From positions 160,001 through 224,000 of the forward strand of contig JAFWDK010000010.1 of the NCBI GenBank assembly GCA_017513085.1: a stretch of DNA of 64,000 nucleotides, read 5' to 3'. Position 1 is the stretch's first letter; every line of letters begins with the position of its first letter. The position numbers were made by a program, and so were the translations under genes. The DNA is from Clostridiales bacterium (lineage in GTDB: Bacteria; Bacillota; Clostridia; Saccharofermentanales; Saccharofermentanaceae). Positions 7,645 through 19,047 of the stretch are shown in pieces. Below the pieces are notes generated by a model. The model was not told where the DNA came from. It ran no database searches and was given only the letters and a program-made list of their open reading frames with translations.

Positions 7645-8868
7645 ATGAAGTCTGAAAAAGAAAATACAATTCCAAATGAGGAAAGCCAGATAGTGGTTTC
7701 CCGAGTTAATTCAAAAGGGAAGAAAGTTAAAATCAAGAAACCGAAAGAAAAAAAGCCTTGGACCGGAAAGCGCGTGTTGAAGAAGATCGTACTTCCTATC
7801 GTTCTTGTTCTGGCTATAATTGTAGGCGGACTCTATATCGGATTTGTAGTATATAAGAACTACCTGTTTGGAAAGATCACATTCCTGCCGAAGGAAGAAA
7901 ATCCGACATTTGTTAATGAAGATGGCTCTGTGGTGGCTCTCTCCGAGTTTACTCATGCGACGGAACACCCGCCGGTCGAGGAGGAGGGAATCCATAATTT
8001 CCTTCTGATCGGTATCGACAGCCGCTCTAAGAATTATAGCAAGAATGGCGCAGGTAATCTTGCTGACGTTATCATGGTCCTGAGTGCGGATGAAGACAAA
8101 GGGACGATCAAGCTGATCACGATCCAGCGAGACTCTTATGTTTATATTCCTGGTTATACAAAACCACGTAAGATCAATGCCGCGATGACATATGGCGGAC
8201 CGACACTTCTTTCTAAAGTAGTTGAGGAACATTTACGTATCAAGCTCGAGGGATTTGCTTACGTAAACTTCTATAATATGGAGAAAGTGATCGATGCGGT
8301 CGGAGGTATTGATATCGAGGTCACAAGAAATGAAGTGTTTACAGCTGAAGGCGGACTTAATGCGCTGCTTCGTGAGCAGAACCACATTCTTGGTGAACCG
8401 GATGAGACGTATGTATTGAATGAATACGGTATGCTCCATCTGAATGGACGTCAAGCCGTAGCATACAGCCGTATCCGTAAGGTCGGTAACGGTGACTATG
8501 GCCGTTCACAGCGTCAGGTCAAAGTATTGAATGAATTGCTTGCACGCTATATGGGCATGAGTACGACTGGTAAAGTATCTGCTTTGGGCAGTATTCTTGA
8601 GATGGTTGCGACAGACCTTACCCAGAGTGAGATCGAGAAGTATGCTTTTGATTTTCTGCCGAAGGTTCGCGACCTGAAACTCGAAACACTTGGTGTACCG
8701 ATGGAAGGTTATGCGAAGGAGATCAACGATGCAGAATGGAGCTTGCGTCCGGATTGGAACGGAATTATTCCGCAGGTTCAGAAGTTCTTCTACGGAGAGA
8801 CGTTCGCTTTCGATAAGGTTCCGGAGATCCCGCTTGCTCCTCATCATGACTCTGAATCAGATTCCTGA
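7645..8868 (+). CDS. LCP (LytR-CpsA-Psr) family cell-wall glycopolymer transferase
   Basis: N-terminal TM; LLIGIDSR, IQRDSYV, KINAAMTYGG, LNGRQAVAYSRIR, DYGRSQRQ. Confidence 0.93.
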   Translation: MKSEKENTIPNEESQIVVSRVNSKGKKVKIKKPKEKKPWTGKRVLKKIVLPIVLVLAIIVGGLYIGFVVYKNYLFGKITFLPKEENPTFVNEDGSVVALSEFTHATEHPPVEEEGIHNFLLIGIDSRSKNYSKNGAGNLADVIMVLSADEDKGTIKLITIQRDSYVYIPGYTKPRKINAAMTYGGPTLLSKVVEEHLRIKLEGFAYVNFYNMEKVIDAVGGIDIEVTRNEVFTAEGGLNALLREQNHILGEPDETYVLNEYGMLHLNGRQAVAYSRIRKVGNGDYGRSQRQVKVLNELLARYMGMSTTGKVSALGSILEMVATDLTQSEIEKYAFDFLPKVRDLKLETLGVPMEGYAKEINDAEWSLRPDWNGIIPQVQKFFYGETFAFDKVPEIPLAPHHDSESDS

Positions 8869-8898
8869 TAAAGTTTTTGTTTTTGTCTTTCTTTGATA

Positions 8899-8926
8899 TT
8901 GACATCTGTTAATTCAATGGTATAGT
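8899..8926 (+). promoter_or_regulatory. sigma-A promoter of groESL
   Basis: TTGACA-N16-TATAGT with a TG extension. Confidence 0.75.
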
Positions 8927-8938
8927 AGTAAGTGAAAT

Positions 8939-8965
8939 TTAGCACTCGTGGACTGCGAGTGCTAA
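8939..8965. promoter_or_regulatory. CIRCE element (HrcA operator)
   Basis: Exact TTAGCACTC-N9-GAGTGCTAA between the promoter and groES. Confidence 0.98.
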
Positions 8966-8984
8966 ATAAACTTTTTGGAGGTGA

Positions 8985-9275
<291 letters not shown>

Positions 9276-9298
9276 TTTTTGCGCTTGATAGGAGGTAG

Positions 9299-10921
<1,623 letters not shown>

Positions 10922-10945
10922 TCCTTTTGAATCTGCTATTATATG

Positions 10946-10988
10946 GAGGTCATGGTGGTTATGTCACCATGACCTCTATTTGTTTTAT
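10946..10988 (+). terminator. Intrinsic terminator after groEL
   Basis: GAGGTCATGGTG-N7-CACCATGACCTC followed by a T-rich tract. Confidence 0.8.
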
Positions 10989-11000
10989 TGAGGTGAAGAT

Positions 11001-11573
11001 ATGCTTTATAACGATGTGCACGTTGAGCAGGTTGTGAAGAGAGAGTTAACTTCCAAAGATAAATTGTTCCGTGTATTACTGATCATTCTGGCTGTATTTG
11101 CCGGTCTGGTCGTGAATATCGTTCCGCTTCTTTTCGGAATCGGTTATCTGTTTTTGTTTACCGGGGCCCTTACCTGCGGAATCGGTTTTTTCTGCTACTA
11201 TTCTTTGACAGGATTAAAAAAGGAATACGAGTATTCACTCGTGAATGATTCCTTTTCCATAGACGTGATCAAGAATAAAAGAAGAAGATTGGAACTTTTT
11301 TCCGGCTCGGTACATGAATTTGAGATGGTAGCAAAGAAAGATGACGACCGTCATCCTTATAGCGAGTTCAATAAAGATAATGTGCTTCATGCTAATTGCA
11401 CATCAGGGACAGCACCGGATAATGAGTGGTATATTGCGACGAAAATGGGACAATCCAAGGTTCTGATCACTATCGAGCCTCAGGAGAAGCTCTTGAATGC
11501 CATTTACAGACAGAATCCGAGAAATACCATGTATCGTCCCGGTAAGAGTGTAGGAACAAAGAAAGCGGAATAA
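11001..11573 (+). CDS. Conserved clostridial membrane protein (DUF6106-like)
   Basis: D-x-x-VEQVVKR start, two TM helices, then EYEYS...DVIKNKRRR. Confidence 0.65.
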   Translation: MLYNDVHVEQVVKRELTSKDKLFRVLLIILAVFAGLVVNIVPLLFGIGYLFLFTGALTCGIGFFCYYSLTGLKKEYEYSLVNDSFSIDVIKNKRRRLELFSGSVHEFEMVAKKDDDRHPYSEFNKDNVLHANCTSGTAPDNEWYIATKMGQSKVLITIEPQEKLLNAIYRQNPRNTMYRPGKSVGTKKAE

Positions 11574-11574
11574 G

Positions 11575-12321
11575 ATGCACTATATTGAAGAAGAGAATTT
11601 GTATGAATTTGCGATAATCGGTCCGGAAACAGATATTCATGACAGGCTGCATTATCATTCATTATTTGCCATGCTCCAGGAAGCCGCATGTCTGGATGTT
11701 GACCGCCATGGTTTTGGCGCAGACGTGATGGATCGCTTGGAGGCATGCTGGCTTGTACTTCGTATGAAAGTCAACATGACACGCATACCTAAGTGGAAAG
11801 ACAAGATCTATATCCGTACATGGTCCTGTGGATTCCAGCGAGTGTTTTTTAATCGTGATTTTGACATTTTTGACTCGGATAAGAATAAGATCGGTGAAGT
11901 AACATCCGTGTGGGTCATTGCGCATCATGGAGATCATCATCCGGTACGCCCGCAGACAATTCCGGGAATGGAAATGTATGAGAGTGCAAAACCGTCCGAT
12001 AGAAAAGTCGGTAAGATCACGCCGATATCTCTTTCGGAGACGGATGCAAAGCCGATCCTTAAGAAATATGCGGATTTCAGTGATATTGACCGGAATATGC
12101 ATGTCAATAACACACGTTATGTAGCGTGGAGCCTCGATGCTTTTTATAAAGAGATGGCGCATGATTTTGAAATCAAAGAATTGTCGATCAATTACTCTTC
12201 TGAAGTTAAACCTGATGAAGAAGTACTTATCTACCGCACACAAAAGGAGAATTCCGTACAAGTTGACGGGTTTGAAGTAAAGAGCGGCCGCCATGTGTTC
12301 TCTACGGAGATCTTATGTTAA
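11575..12321 (+). CDS. Acyl-ACP thioesterase (double hot-dog, Fat-type)
   Basis: LQEAA, WLVLRM, RIPKW, RTW, SDIDRNMHVNNTRY catalytic motif. Confidence 0.92.
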   Translation: MHYIEEENLYEFAIIGPETDIHDRLHYHSLFAMLQEAACLDVDRHGFGADVMDRLEACWLVLRMKVNMTRIPKWKDKIYIRTWSCGFQRVFFNRDFDIFDSDKNKIGEVTSVWVIAHHGDHHPVRPQTIPGMEMYESAKPSDRKVGKITPISLSETDAKPILKKYADFSDIDRNMHVNNTRYVAWSLDAFYKEMAHDFEIKELSINYSSEVKPDEEVLIYRTQKENSVQVDGFEVKSGRHVFSTEILC

Positions 12322-12412
12322 TAAGAATTTAGCATTTTTTCCGTAAAGACTTTATCGCAGACGGTATTTAAGGTAAAATATTTGAGCAAAGATCATACGG
12401 AGGAAACGTTGA

Positions 12413-13348
12413 ATGATAGAGATTTCCAATCTAGTCAAGTATTATGGCGACAAGCGCGCGGTTTCCGGCATTTCTTTTACAGTTAATCAAGGGGAGATAC
12501 TTGGATTTCTCGGACCGAATGGTGCAGGAAAGTCCACGACTCTGAATATCATTTCCGGTTATCTTTCTGCAACGAGCGGAAAAGTGACTATTAACGGATA
12601 CGATATCCTCGAAGAACCGGAGCTGGCCAAGAAGAATATCGGCTACCTTCCTGAGATTCCACCTTTGTTTACGGATATGACTGTTATGGAATATCTGACT
12701 TATGTCAGTGAATTGAAGCAGGTCCCGAAGACGATCCGTAAAAAGCAGATTTCCGATATTATGAAAATGGTGCATATCGGTAATGTTTCCGGACGATTGA
12801 TCCACAATCTTTCCAAGGGTTTCCGTCAGCGTGTCGGAATTGCACAGGCATTGATCGGTAATCCTGAAGTTTTGATCTTGGATGAACCTACGGTAGGTCT
12901 CGATCCGAATCAAGTGATCGAGATGAGAAAACTGATCGTATCTCTTTCTAAGAATCACACTATCATTTTCAGTTCGCATATTCTTTCCGAAGTACAGGCG
13001 ATCTGTGATCGTATCGTGATCATTCATCAGGGTAAGATCGCGGCGGATTCTCCGACGCTGGAGTTGACCGCACAGATCGAGGGGCGTGCACATTACCTTT
13101 TGACAGTGGAGGCCTCTTTCAATTCCATCCAGATGCCTCTTCGTGCCATTCCCGGCGTGCAGAACGTCGCGCTTCTGTCTGAGCGCAACGGCTTGATTCA
13201 GATCGAAGTGATTGCAGATGGTGATCTCGATGTGAGAAAGTCCATCTTTTACACTTTGGCTAAGGCCAATACTCCGATCCTGGAATTCAGATCTGCATCG
13301 GCGTCCCTGGAAGATATTTTTACCAGCATTACATCGCCAAAGAAGTGA
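12413..13348 (+). CDS. ABC transporter ATP-binding protein (GldA-like, ABC-2 type)
   Basis: GPNGAGKST, LSKGFRQRVG, LILDEPT, SSH. Confidence 0.95.
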   Translation: MIEISNLVKYYGDKRAVSGISFTVNQGEILGFLGPNGAGKSTTLNIISGYLSATSGKVTINGYDILEEPELAKKNIGYLPEIPPLFTDMTVMEYLTYVSELKQVPKTIRKKQISDIMKMVHIGNVSGRLIHNLSKGFRQRVGIAQALIGNPEVLILDEPTVGLDPNQVIEMRKLIVSLSKNHTIIFSSHILSEVQAICDRIVIIHQGKIAADSPTLELTAQIEGRAHYLLTVEASFNSIQMPLRAIPGVQNVALLSERNGLIQIEVIADGDLDVRKSIFYTLAKANTPILEFRSASASLEDIFTSITSPKK

Positions 13349-13359
13349 GGGTTAACACG

Positions 13360-14142
13360 ATGATTGCAGTATTTAAACGAGAGTTTCTTTCATATTTCCG
13401 CACGCCTGTCGGATGGGTCGCCATCTGTCTTCTTGGCGCAATCAGCGGCTACTATTTTTCCGGAATGCTGGCTTATTCCATGTCTTATGTGAATCTTGCC
13501 ATGGAGATCAATTATCTTCGCACATTCTTTGTTATACTCATACCGATCATTACAATGAGACTGTTTTCGGAAGAGAAGAAGAACGGTACGGAAGTCCTTC
13601 TTTACACGATGCCTTACTCCATGAAAGGCGTGGTGATCGGCAAGTTCCTGGCAGCTTTTGCGCTTCAGTTCATGATGCTGATCAGTGTTTTCAGTCACAT
13701 GATCATTACAGTGATCTGCGATGGTACGATCAATATGGCGACATGGGGCTCGATATTCGGATATCTGGTCCTTGCGGCGCTGTTTATATCCGTCGGTATG
13801 CTTACCTCGGCACTTACCGAGAATCAGATCATGTCCGCCGTTGTGTGCTTTGTCATTATTCTCATCTTTGAGAGAATGGCGTCGATAGCAGAGTCTCTGT
13901 CCAGCATTTTTAAGGCTTTCTTGAAGATCACGAATCTGTTCGGACTCTCGGATGCTTCGATTTATAACGCCGGAGAAGCTGTACGTTCGGGGATTTCCTG
14001 GCTTGATCCGTATTCGAAAACGTCTTGCTATACATCAGGTGTGTTTAAGGTCATCCCGATCATCTACTGCCTGTCATTTACCGCACTTTTTATGTTTATC
14101 ACTTACCGCGTTTTAGAAAAGAAACGCTGGAGTCCGAACTGA
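13360..14142 (+). CDS. ABC-2 type permease (GldF-like)
   Basis: KREFLSYFRTP, PIITMRLFSEEKKNGT, VVIGKFLA, SALTENQIMSA; multiple TM helices. Confidence 0.9.
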   Translation: MIAVFKREFLSYFRTPVGWVAICLLGAISGYYFSGMLAYSMSYVNLAMEINYLRTFFVILIPIITMRLFSEEKKNGTEVLLYTMPYSMKGVVIGKFLAAFALQFMMLISVFSHMIITVICDGTINMATWGSIFGYLVLAALFISVGMLTSALTENQIMSAVVCFVIILIFERMASIAESLSSIFKAFLKITNLFGLSDASIYNAGEAVRSGISWLDPYSKTSCYTSGVFKVIPIIYCLSFTALFMFITYRVLEKKRWSPN

Positions 14143-14158
14143 GGAAGGGGGCGATCAT

Positions 14159-15676
14159 ATGGCAAAAAAATCAGCAAGAGAGCATATTCTCGAAGAAAAA
14201 ACCGTTAAGTCTCCCAGAGTCAAGGTCGCATCGGATGAGCGGATCAAGTCGCTTAGGACCATGTCTTTCCTATCTATTCTGATCATCGTTCTGATCTGCT
14301 TTGTATTCAATATTCTTTTGGATGTTACTCTGGACAAAGCACTTACTTTTGACGCGACTTCCGTAAAGATCAATACCGTTGGTACCTATACTAAGAATAT
14401 TCTGAAGAATATGGACAAAAAGGTTGAGATATACGGCCTTTTCGACAAAAATGACATGTCGTTGGAGTGGAGGGACTATCTTATCCCGATCCTGGATGAT
14501 TATGAGTCCAAAGCGGATGGAAAGATCACGCTTTCTTATATTGATCCGGATTCCAATCCGTTTATTATCAGAGAACTTGACCCGGATGGTCTTTATGGGG
14601 CAGCGAAGAAAAAGTATGTGATCAAGTGTGAAGACCGCTTGGTTTGTGTGGATCCGTATAACTGTCTGAATTATGATCAGGGGATCGCCAGCACTTCCGG
14701 CGTATATGTTTTGACCGGAAACGACGTAGAGTTCTATTTCACCGGTTACATCCAGTATATTACTTCCGATGATCCGCTTCAAGCTTTCTATCTGACAGGA
14801 CACGGAGAGACGATGGAGCATACCAATTTGGATACAATACTGGTTTCCCTTGGCATTAAGACGGAAACTTTAAATCTGTCCGGTGTTGGAAGTTCGATTC
14901 CGAATCAGTGCGATCTTATTGCGATACTGCAGCCTAAACAAGACATTTCCGAAGCAGAGAGAGATATTCTGAAGCTTTATCTGCAGAATGGAGGAAAGAT
15001 CCTTCTGGTCAATGATTTTAACGAGAATCAGAACGTGGAATACACCAACCTGAATCTTCTTTGCCACCAGATGGGTATTTCACTTGAAGCGGGATTGATT
15101 CATGAAAATGATTCCTCTTGCCTGATTCAAAGTGATAATCCTTATATTTCCTGGGGACATTTGAATACAGATTATGCAACTGAAGGGTACGCGTGGTCTG
15201 CCTATTACACTTCGTACAATCGTTATCTGAGTGTTTTTGCGGACAAGCCGGACACTATCTCCGTTTATCCGTTGCTGACTACTTCAGAGAGCGCTACTGT
15301 TGAGTTTAAGAATATGAACATCAGTGATGCAATTTCGCAAGGAACCTATCCGATCGTTTTGAAGGGCGTGGATACTTCCGAGAAGAGCGGAGCGCTTCTG
15401 GTATATGCGACTTCCAGCCTGACTTCTGACGAATATTACGGCATGAAGACACTGAATGATCCGAATGCTGAATTTGTTCGTCAAAGCATCGGCACGATCT
15501 GTCAGAGAAGCGTGAATAATGTTCAGATTCCGGTCAAGACAATTCCAAACTATGCACTTGGCAGACCTCTTTCGAGCAATGAGGTTACGATGTGGTCTAT
15601 TGTTGTCATGACGATCATTCCTGTAGGATGCCTGATCTGCGGTTTCTATATATATAAGAAGAGACGTCACCTTTAA
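14159..15676 (+). CDS. GldG-like ABC auxiliary membrane protein
   Basis: N- and C-terminal TM helices; YIDPDSNP, FYLTGHGE, PKQDIS..E...LKLYLQNGGK; ends YKKRRH. Confidence 0.85.
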   Translation: MAKKSAREHILEEKTVKSPRVKVASDERIKSLRTMSFLSILIIVLICFVFNILLDVTLDKALTFDATSVKINTVGTYTKNILKNMDKKVEIYGLFDKNDMSLEWRDYLIPILDDYESKADGKITLSYIDPDSNPFIIRELDPDGLYGAAKKKYVIKCEDRLVCVDPYNCLNYDQGIASTSGVYVLTGNDVEFYFTGYIQYITSDDPLQAFYLTGHGETMEHTNLDTILVSLGIKTETLNLSGVGSSIPNQCDLIAILQPKQDISEAERDILKLYLQNGGKILLVNDFNENQNVEYTNLNLLCHQMGISLEAGLIHENDSSCLIQSDNPYISWGHLNTDYATEGYAWSAYYTSYNRYLSVFADKPDTISVYPLLTTSESATVEFKNMNISDAISQGTYPIVLKGVDTSEKSGALLVYATSSLTSDEYYGMKTLNDPNAEFVRQSIGTICQRSVNNVQIPVKTIPNYALGRPLSSNEVTMWSIVVMTIIPVGCLICGFYIYKKRRHL

Positions 15677-15684
15677 GACGGAGG

Positions 15685-17205
15685 ATGAAAGTGAAAAAAG
15701 AAATACGACAACTTGTTTTACCTCTGGTGATCCTTGGCGTTCTGGTAGTTGCACTGGCCGTCTATCTTATCACAGATGCAGTCAAAAAGAAGAATCTGGA
15801 CGATGAACTTGCACCGGTCAGTGTATCTGTTGCGGATCAGAATACTATTTCCTCTTTGCGTATTGAGGCATCGGACAAAGAGTACATGGAGTTCTCTTTA
15901 GAGACAAACGGTTCTGTTTCCGGAGCGGACCATAATGAGATAAAGTTCGGGAAAGAGAAGATCCAGCAGAATTATGTGAAAGATCTTCTTTCTTCCATGA
16001 CTACATTGTCTCTGGTAAAAGAACTGAGTGCGCCTTCTTCTGATCTTTCGGTCTATGGTTTGGAGCCTTCCTGGCGTAAAGTCATTCTTACGAAGAGAGA
16101 CGGAAGTCAAAGTATCATTCGTTTCGGAAACGATACGGAAGATAAGTCCGGTATCTACGCAAAAGTGGAAGGTTCGGATCCGGTTTTGATCGTAAAGAAT
16201 ACTTACAAGAGTGAACTGGAACTGTCATTTGAAAACTATCTGAATTTGTATGCTGTCGCGCTTACCTCGGATAGTGTGGAGTCGATTTCTTTTATCCGGA
16301 ATTCTTCCAACATGAAGATCCGGATCAAGCCGATGGAAGAGAACGTGAATGACTTGATCGTGCAGACCACATATAAAGTTGTGGAGCCGGTCGAGAGAGA
16401 GACCACGGCTGAAATGAAGGATCTGATGAATAAGCTTCTGGCTTTGCAGGTCACCTCTTTCTTGGATATTCCCAAAGATAAGATGTCCGACTATGGATTG
16501 GATGCTCCGGAGTTTGAGTTCGATTTCCATTTGAAGACCGGCCAAGAGCAGAAACTCTTCCTTTCTAAGGATATCGGCGGTTTCTACTATGGTTATGTGT
16601 CGGAAAATCCATATTGCTTTAAGATCATGTCTTCTTCGCTCAAGGGTCTGAATCTCCCGATGGAAGAACTTATGGATTTCTATGTTGTAAAAGAATACCT
16701 GGATACGGTCCGTTCTGCCAAAGTAACGATGAAAGAAGGTTCTTTTGAAGTCGAGTACATGATCGATGAGGATTCCAAGTCCATCTTGAATGAGAATTCC
16801 GTTTTGCGCCTGAATCAGCGTGATGCTAAGGTATTTGCCAGGGATGGCCATTGCTATGCATTGCTTCTTTTCGAATCGATCTTCCGCATGAAGATCGATC
16901 ATATCGATACGAGTGCGCAGCCACAGCTCTCCGATCCGGAAGTAACGATCACGATACAGAGGGTGAATGGTTCGTTCTATACGATCAAACTGCAAAAACT
17001 CGATGCGGAAAACTACTACTGCTTCATCAATGACATTTATAGTGGATTTATTGTCAACAGAAGCGTATTATATAGGGATAATGGTCAGTTCCTGTCCGAG
17101 TACGGCATCTGGGATGCCTATCGGCTGTTGAATGAGGCGATCGATAATAAGGATGTCGATGGCTATTATGACCGAACAGATAAGGATAGTGCAAATGCAT
17201 CATAA
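15685..17205 (+). CDS. DUF4340-domain protein (accessory to Gld-like ABC clusters)
   Basis: N-terminal TM; two repeats of the DLS-x-YGL(E/D)-x-P motif. Confidence 0.75.
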   Translation: MKVKKEIRQLVLPLVILGVLVVALAVYLITDAVKKKNLDDELAPVSVSVADQNTISSLRIEASDKEYMEFSLETNGSVSGADHNEIKFGKEKIQQNYVKDLLSSMTTLSLVKELSAPSSDLSVYGLEPSWRKVILTKRDGSQSIIRFGNDTEDKSGIYAKVEGSDPVLIVKNTYKSELELSFENYLNLYAVALTSDSVESISFIRNSSNMKIRIKPMEENVNDLIVQTTYKVVEPVERETTAEMKDLMNKLLALQVTSFLDIPKDKMSDYGLDAPEFEFDFHLKTGQEQKLFLSKDIGGFYYGYVSENPYCFKIMSSSLKGLNLPMEELMDFYVVKEYLDTVRSAKVTMKEGSFEVEYMIDEDSKSILNENSVLRLNQRDAKVFARDGHCYALLLFESIFRMKIDHIDTSAQPQLSDPEVTITIQRVNGSFYTIKLQKLDAENYYCFINDIYSGFIVNRSVLYRDNGQFLSEYGIWDAYRLLNEAIDNKDVDGYYDRTDKDSANAS

Positions 17206-17218
17206 GGGGAAGGATAAT

Positions 17219-18382
17219 ATGCCTGCCAAGACTGAGCAGGAGAGAGCCGCGAAGGGCGGAATAGGTCATTCTACGGCATTATTGGTTTTACTTTGTGTTC
17301 TCCTGATCGCCGTAAGTGTTGTTCTCGTATTTATGCTGAAGAACCATAATGACGCGAAGAGGGGAGCCAGCGAACAACTTCGTCTATCTGCCATCGCCGG
17401 ATTCGATTGCGAATATACCGAGGCGCAACAACTGTATCCGTTCATGAATGGTCTTTTAAAGGTTACCAACAATCGTATCACGTATATGTCGATCTCGGGT
17501 AATGAGATCTACGGCGTGGATGTAGAGATGAGCAGTCCGATCTGCAAGATTGCCGGCGGATATGCCATGGTGGCTGATTCCGACGGGTTCTTCTGCGCTA
17601 TGTTTTCAGAAGAAGGATTAGTATTCAATAAGCATTTGACCGGTAAGATCGGTAATATTGCGCTGACACCTTCCGGTTTAAGCGCAGTCATTATTGATGA
17701 AGGAAAGTCTTTCGGTGATGTTTACATCATGGAGAAAGATGCGTCTTTCCTTGCGCAGTGGACCTCCAACGAGTCAGGTTATCCGCTTTCTCTGGCGTTT
17801 TCACCTGATGAATCTCTCCTGAGCGTATCTTTGGTAGATACGGACGGATCCCAGATGGTGCCGCATATCAAACAGTTCACGATCCCGAAGGATCGCACGA
17901 CTCAGCGGCCTTCTGAATATGCATTTTATTCTCCGCTGGTTTCGGATATTATGCCGTTGGTTGCATATGGAAGTAACAGTACTTTGGCCGTTGCCGGCAT
18001 TCAGGCAGTAGCGGTTGTCGGAAACGGGGAGTGCAAACTGATCGAACCTGCTATGGCTTGTGTGAATACTGTTTTTGCCTATGATGGAGGATTTGCAGTC
18101 GTGTATGCCGATGGACTTGACCAACCTGTACGGCTTGCAGTTTTTTCGGCTAATGGAATTAAGAAAACTGAAATCGAACTGGGAAACCAATTGCTGAATT
18201 ATGATGTTTCCGGTTCTGAAGCATTGTTGGCTGTAGATGAGAAGGTCATGCGGATCGATCTGGCAAATGGAAAAGTACAATCCACCACACCGGTTGATGA
18301 GACAGTCATACGAGTTGCTTTCTTCGGAAAAAAGAATATCTGTATCGTAACGGCGGTCGGTGTTCGTGAATTGACGGTATAA
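17219..18382 (+). CDS. DUF5711-like membrane-anchored beta-propeller protein
   Basis: N-terminal TM; GYPLSLAFSPDESLLSVS-type propeller repeats; start at MPAKT after an RBS. Confidence 0.65.
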   Translation: MPAKTEQERAAKGGIGHSTALLVLLCVLLIAVSVVLVFMLKNHNDAKRGASEQLRLSAIAGFDCEYTEAQQLYPFMNGLLKVTNNRITYMSISGNEIYGVDVEMSSPICKIAGGYAMVADSDGFFCAMFSEEGLVFNKHLTGKIGNIALTPSGLSAVIIDEGKSFGDVYIMEKDASFLAQWTSNESGYPLSLAFSPDESLLSVSLVDTDGSQMVPHIKQFTIPKDRTTQRPSEYAFYSPLVSDIMPLVAYGSNSTLAVAGIQAVAVVGNGECKLIEPAMACVNTVFAYDGGFAVVYADGLDQPVRLAVFSANGIKKTEIELGNQLLNYDVSGSEALLAVDEKVMRIDLANGKVQSTTPVDETVIRVAFFGKKNICIVTAVGVRELTV

Positions 18383-18396
18383 GGAGGACTTCGACG

Positions 18397-19047
18397 ATGG
18401 AATCTGAATTGAAGATCAATTTTCCTTCGCCGGAAGAATTGCTGGCCGCGTCAGAGGCGGAATGGTTTACGGATGCAATCCTTCTAAAAGACGAGAAGAC
18501 AGAAGAGTATATCAACTCCTATTTTGATACAAAAGAACATGTGCTTCTGGACAAGCATGTTTCACTGCGTGTACGTCAGATCGTGGGAAAGAGTTTTGTT
18601 CATACAGTTAAACTCGGCGCAAAGAGTGTCAATGGTTTTTCCCAAAAGTTTGAGTGGAATCAGGAATTACCTGACGGGCGTTTTCAAATAGACCGTTTTC
18701 TGCAGATGGCATCAGGAAGTGAGGATCCGATCGAAATTCTGAAGCCGGTACTTTTGCCGATAGAAGATAAGGATCTGGTCGAGATCTGTCAGACACACTT
18801 TACCAGAAAGACCATCACCGCGGAATTTCAAGAGAGCCTTTTTGAGATATGTTTGGATAATGGGGCTTGTTTAGCCGGTGGAAAGAGCGATCCGATATGC
18901 GAGATGGAGATTGAACTGATATCCGGAAGATTCAGCGATGTCATGGATTTCGGTCATATTGTCGAGAAGCATTCCAACGGGCGATTCTCAGATATTTCAA
19001 AGTACGGACGTTGTCTGGCTCTTTTACAGGGAGAGAATAACGTATGA
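18397..19047 (+). CDS. CYTH (triphosphate tunnel metalloenzyme) domain protein
   Basis: ESELK (ExExK), YFDT, SLRVR, ICEMEIEL, SKYGR. Confidence 0.9.
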   Translation: MESELKINFPSPEELLAASEAEWFTDAILLKDEKTEEYINSYFDTKEHVLLDKHVSLRVRQIVGKSFVHTVKLGAKSVNGFSQKFEWNQELPDGRFQIDRFLQMASGSEDPIEILKPVLLPIEDKDLVEICQTHFTRKTITAEFQESLFEICLDNGACLAGGKSDPICEMEIELISGRFSDVMDFGHIVEKHSNGRFSDISKYGRCLALLQGENNV

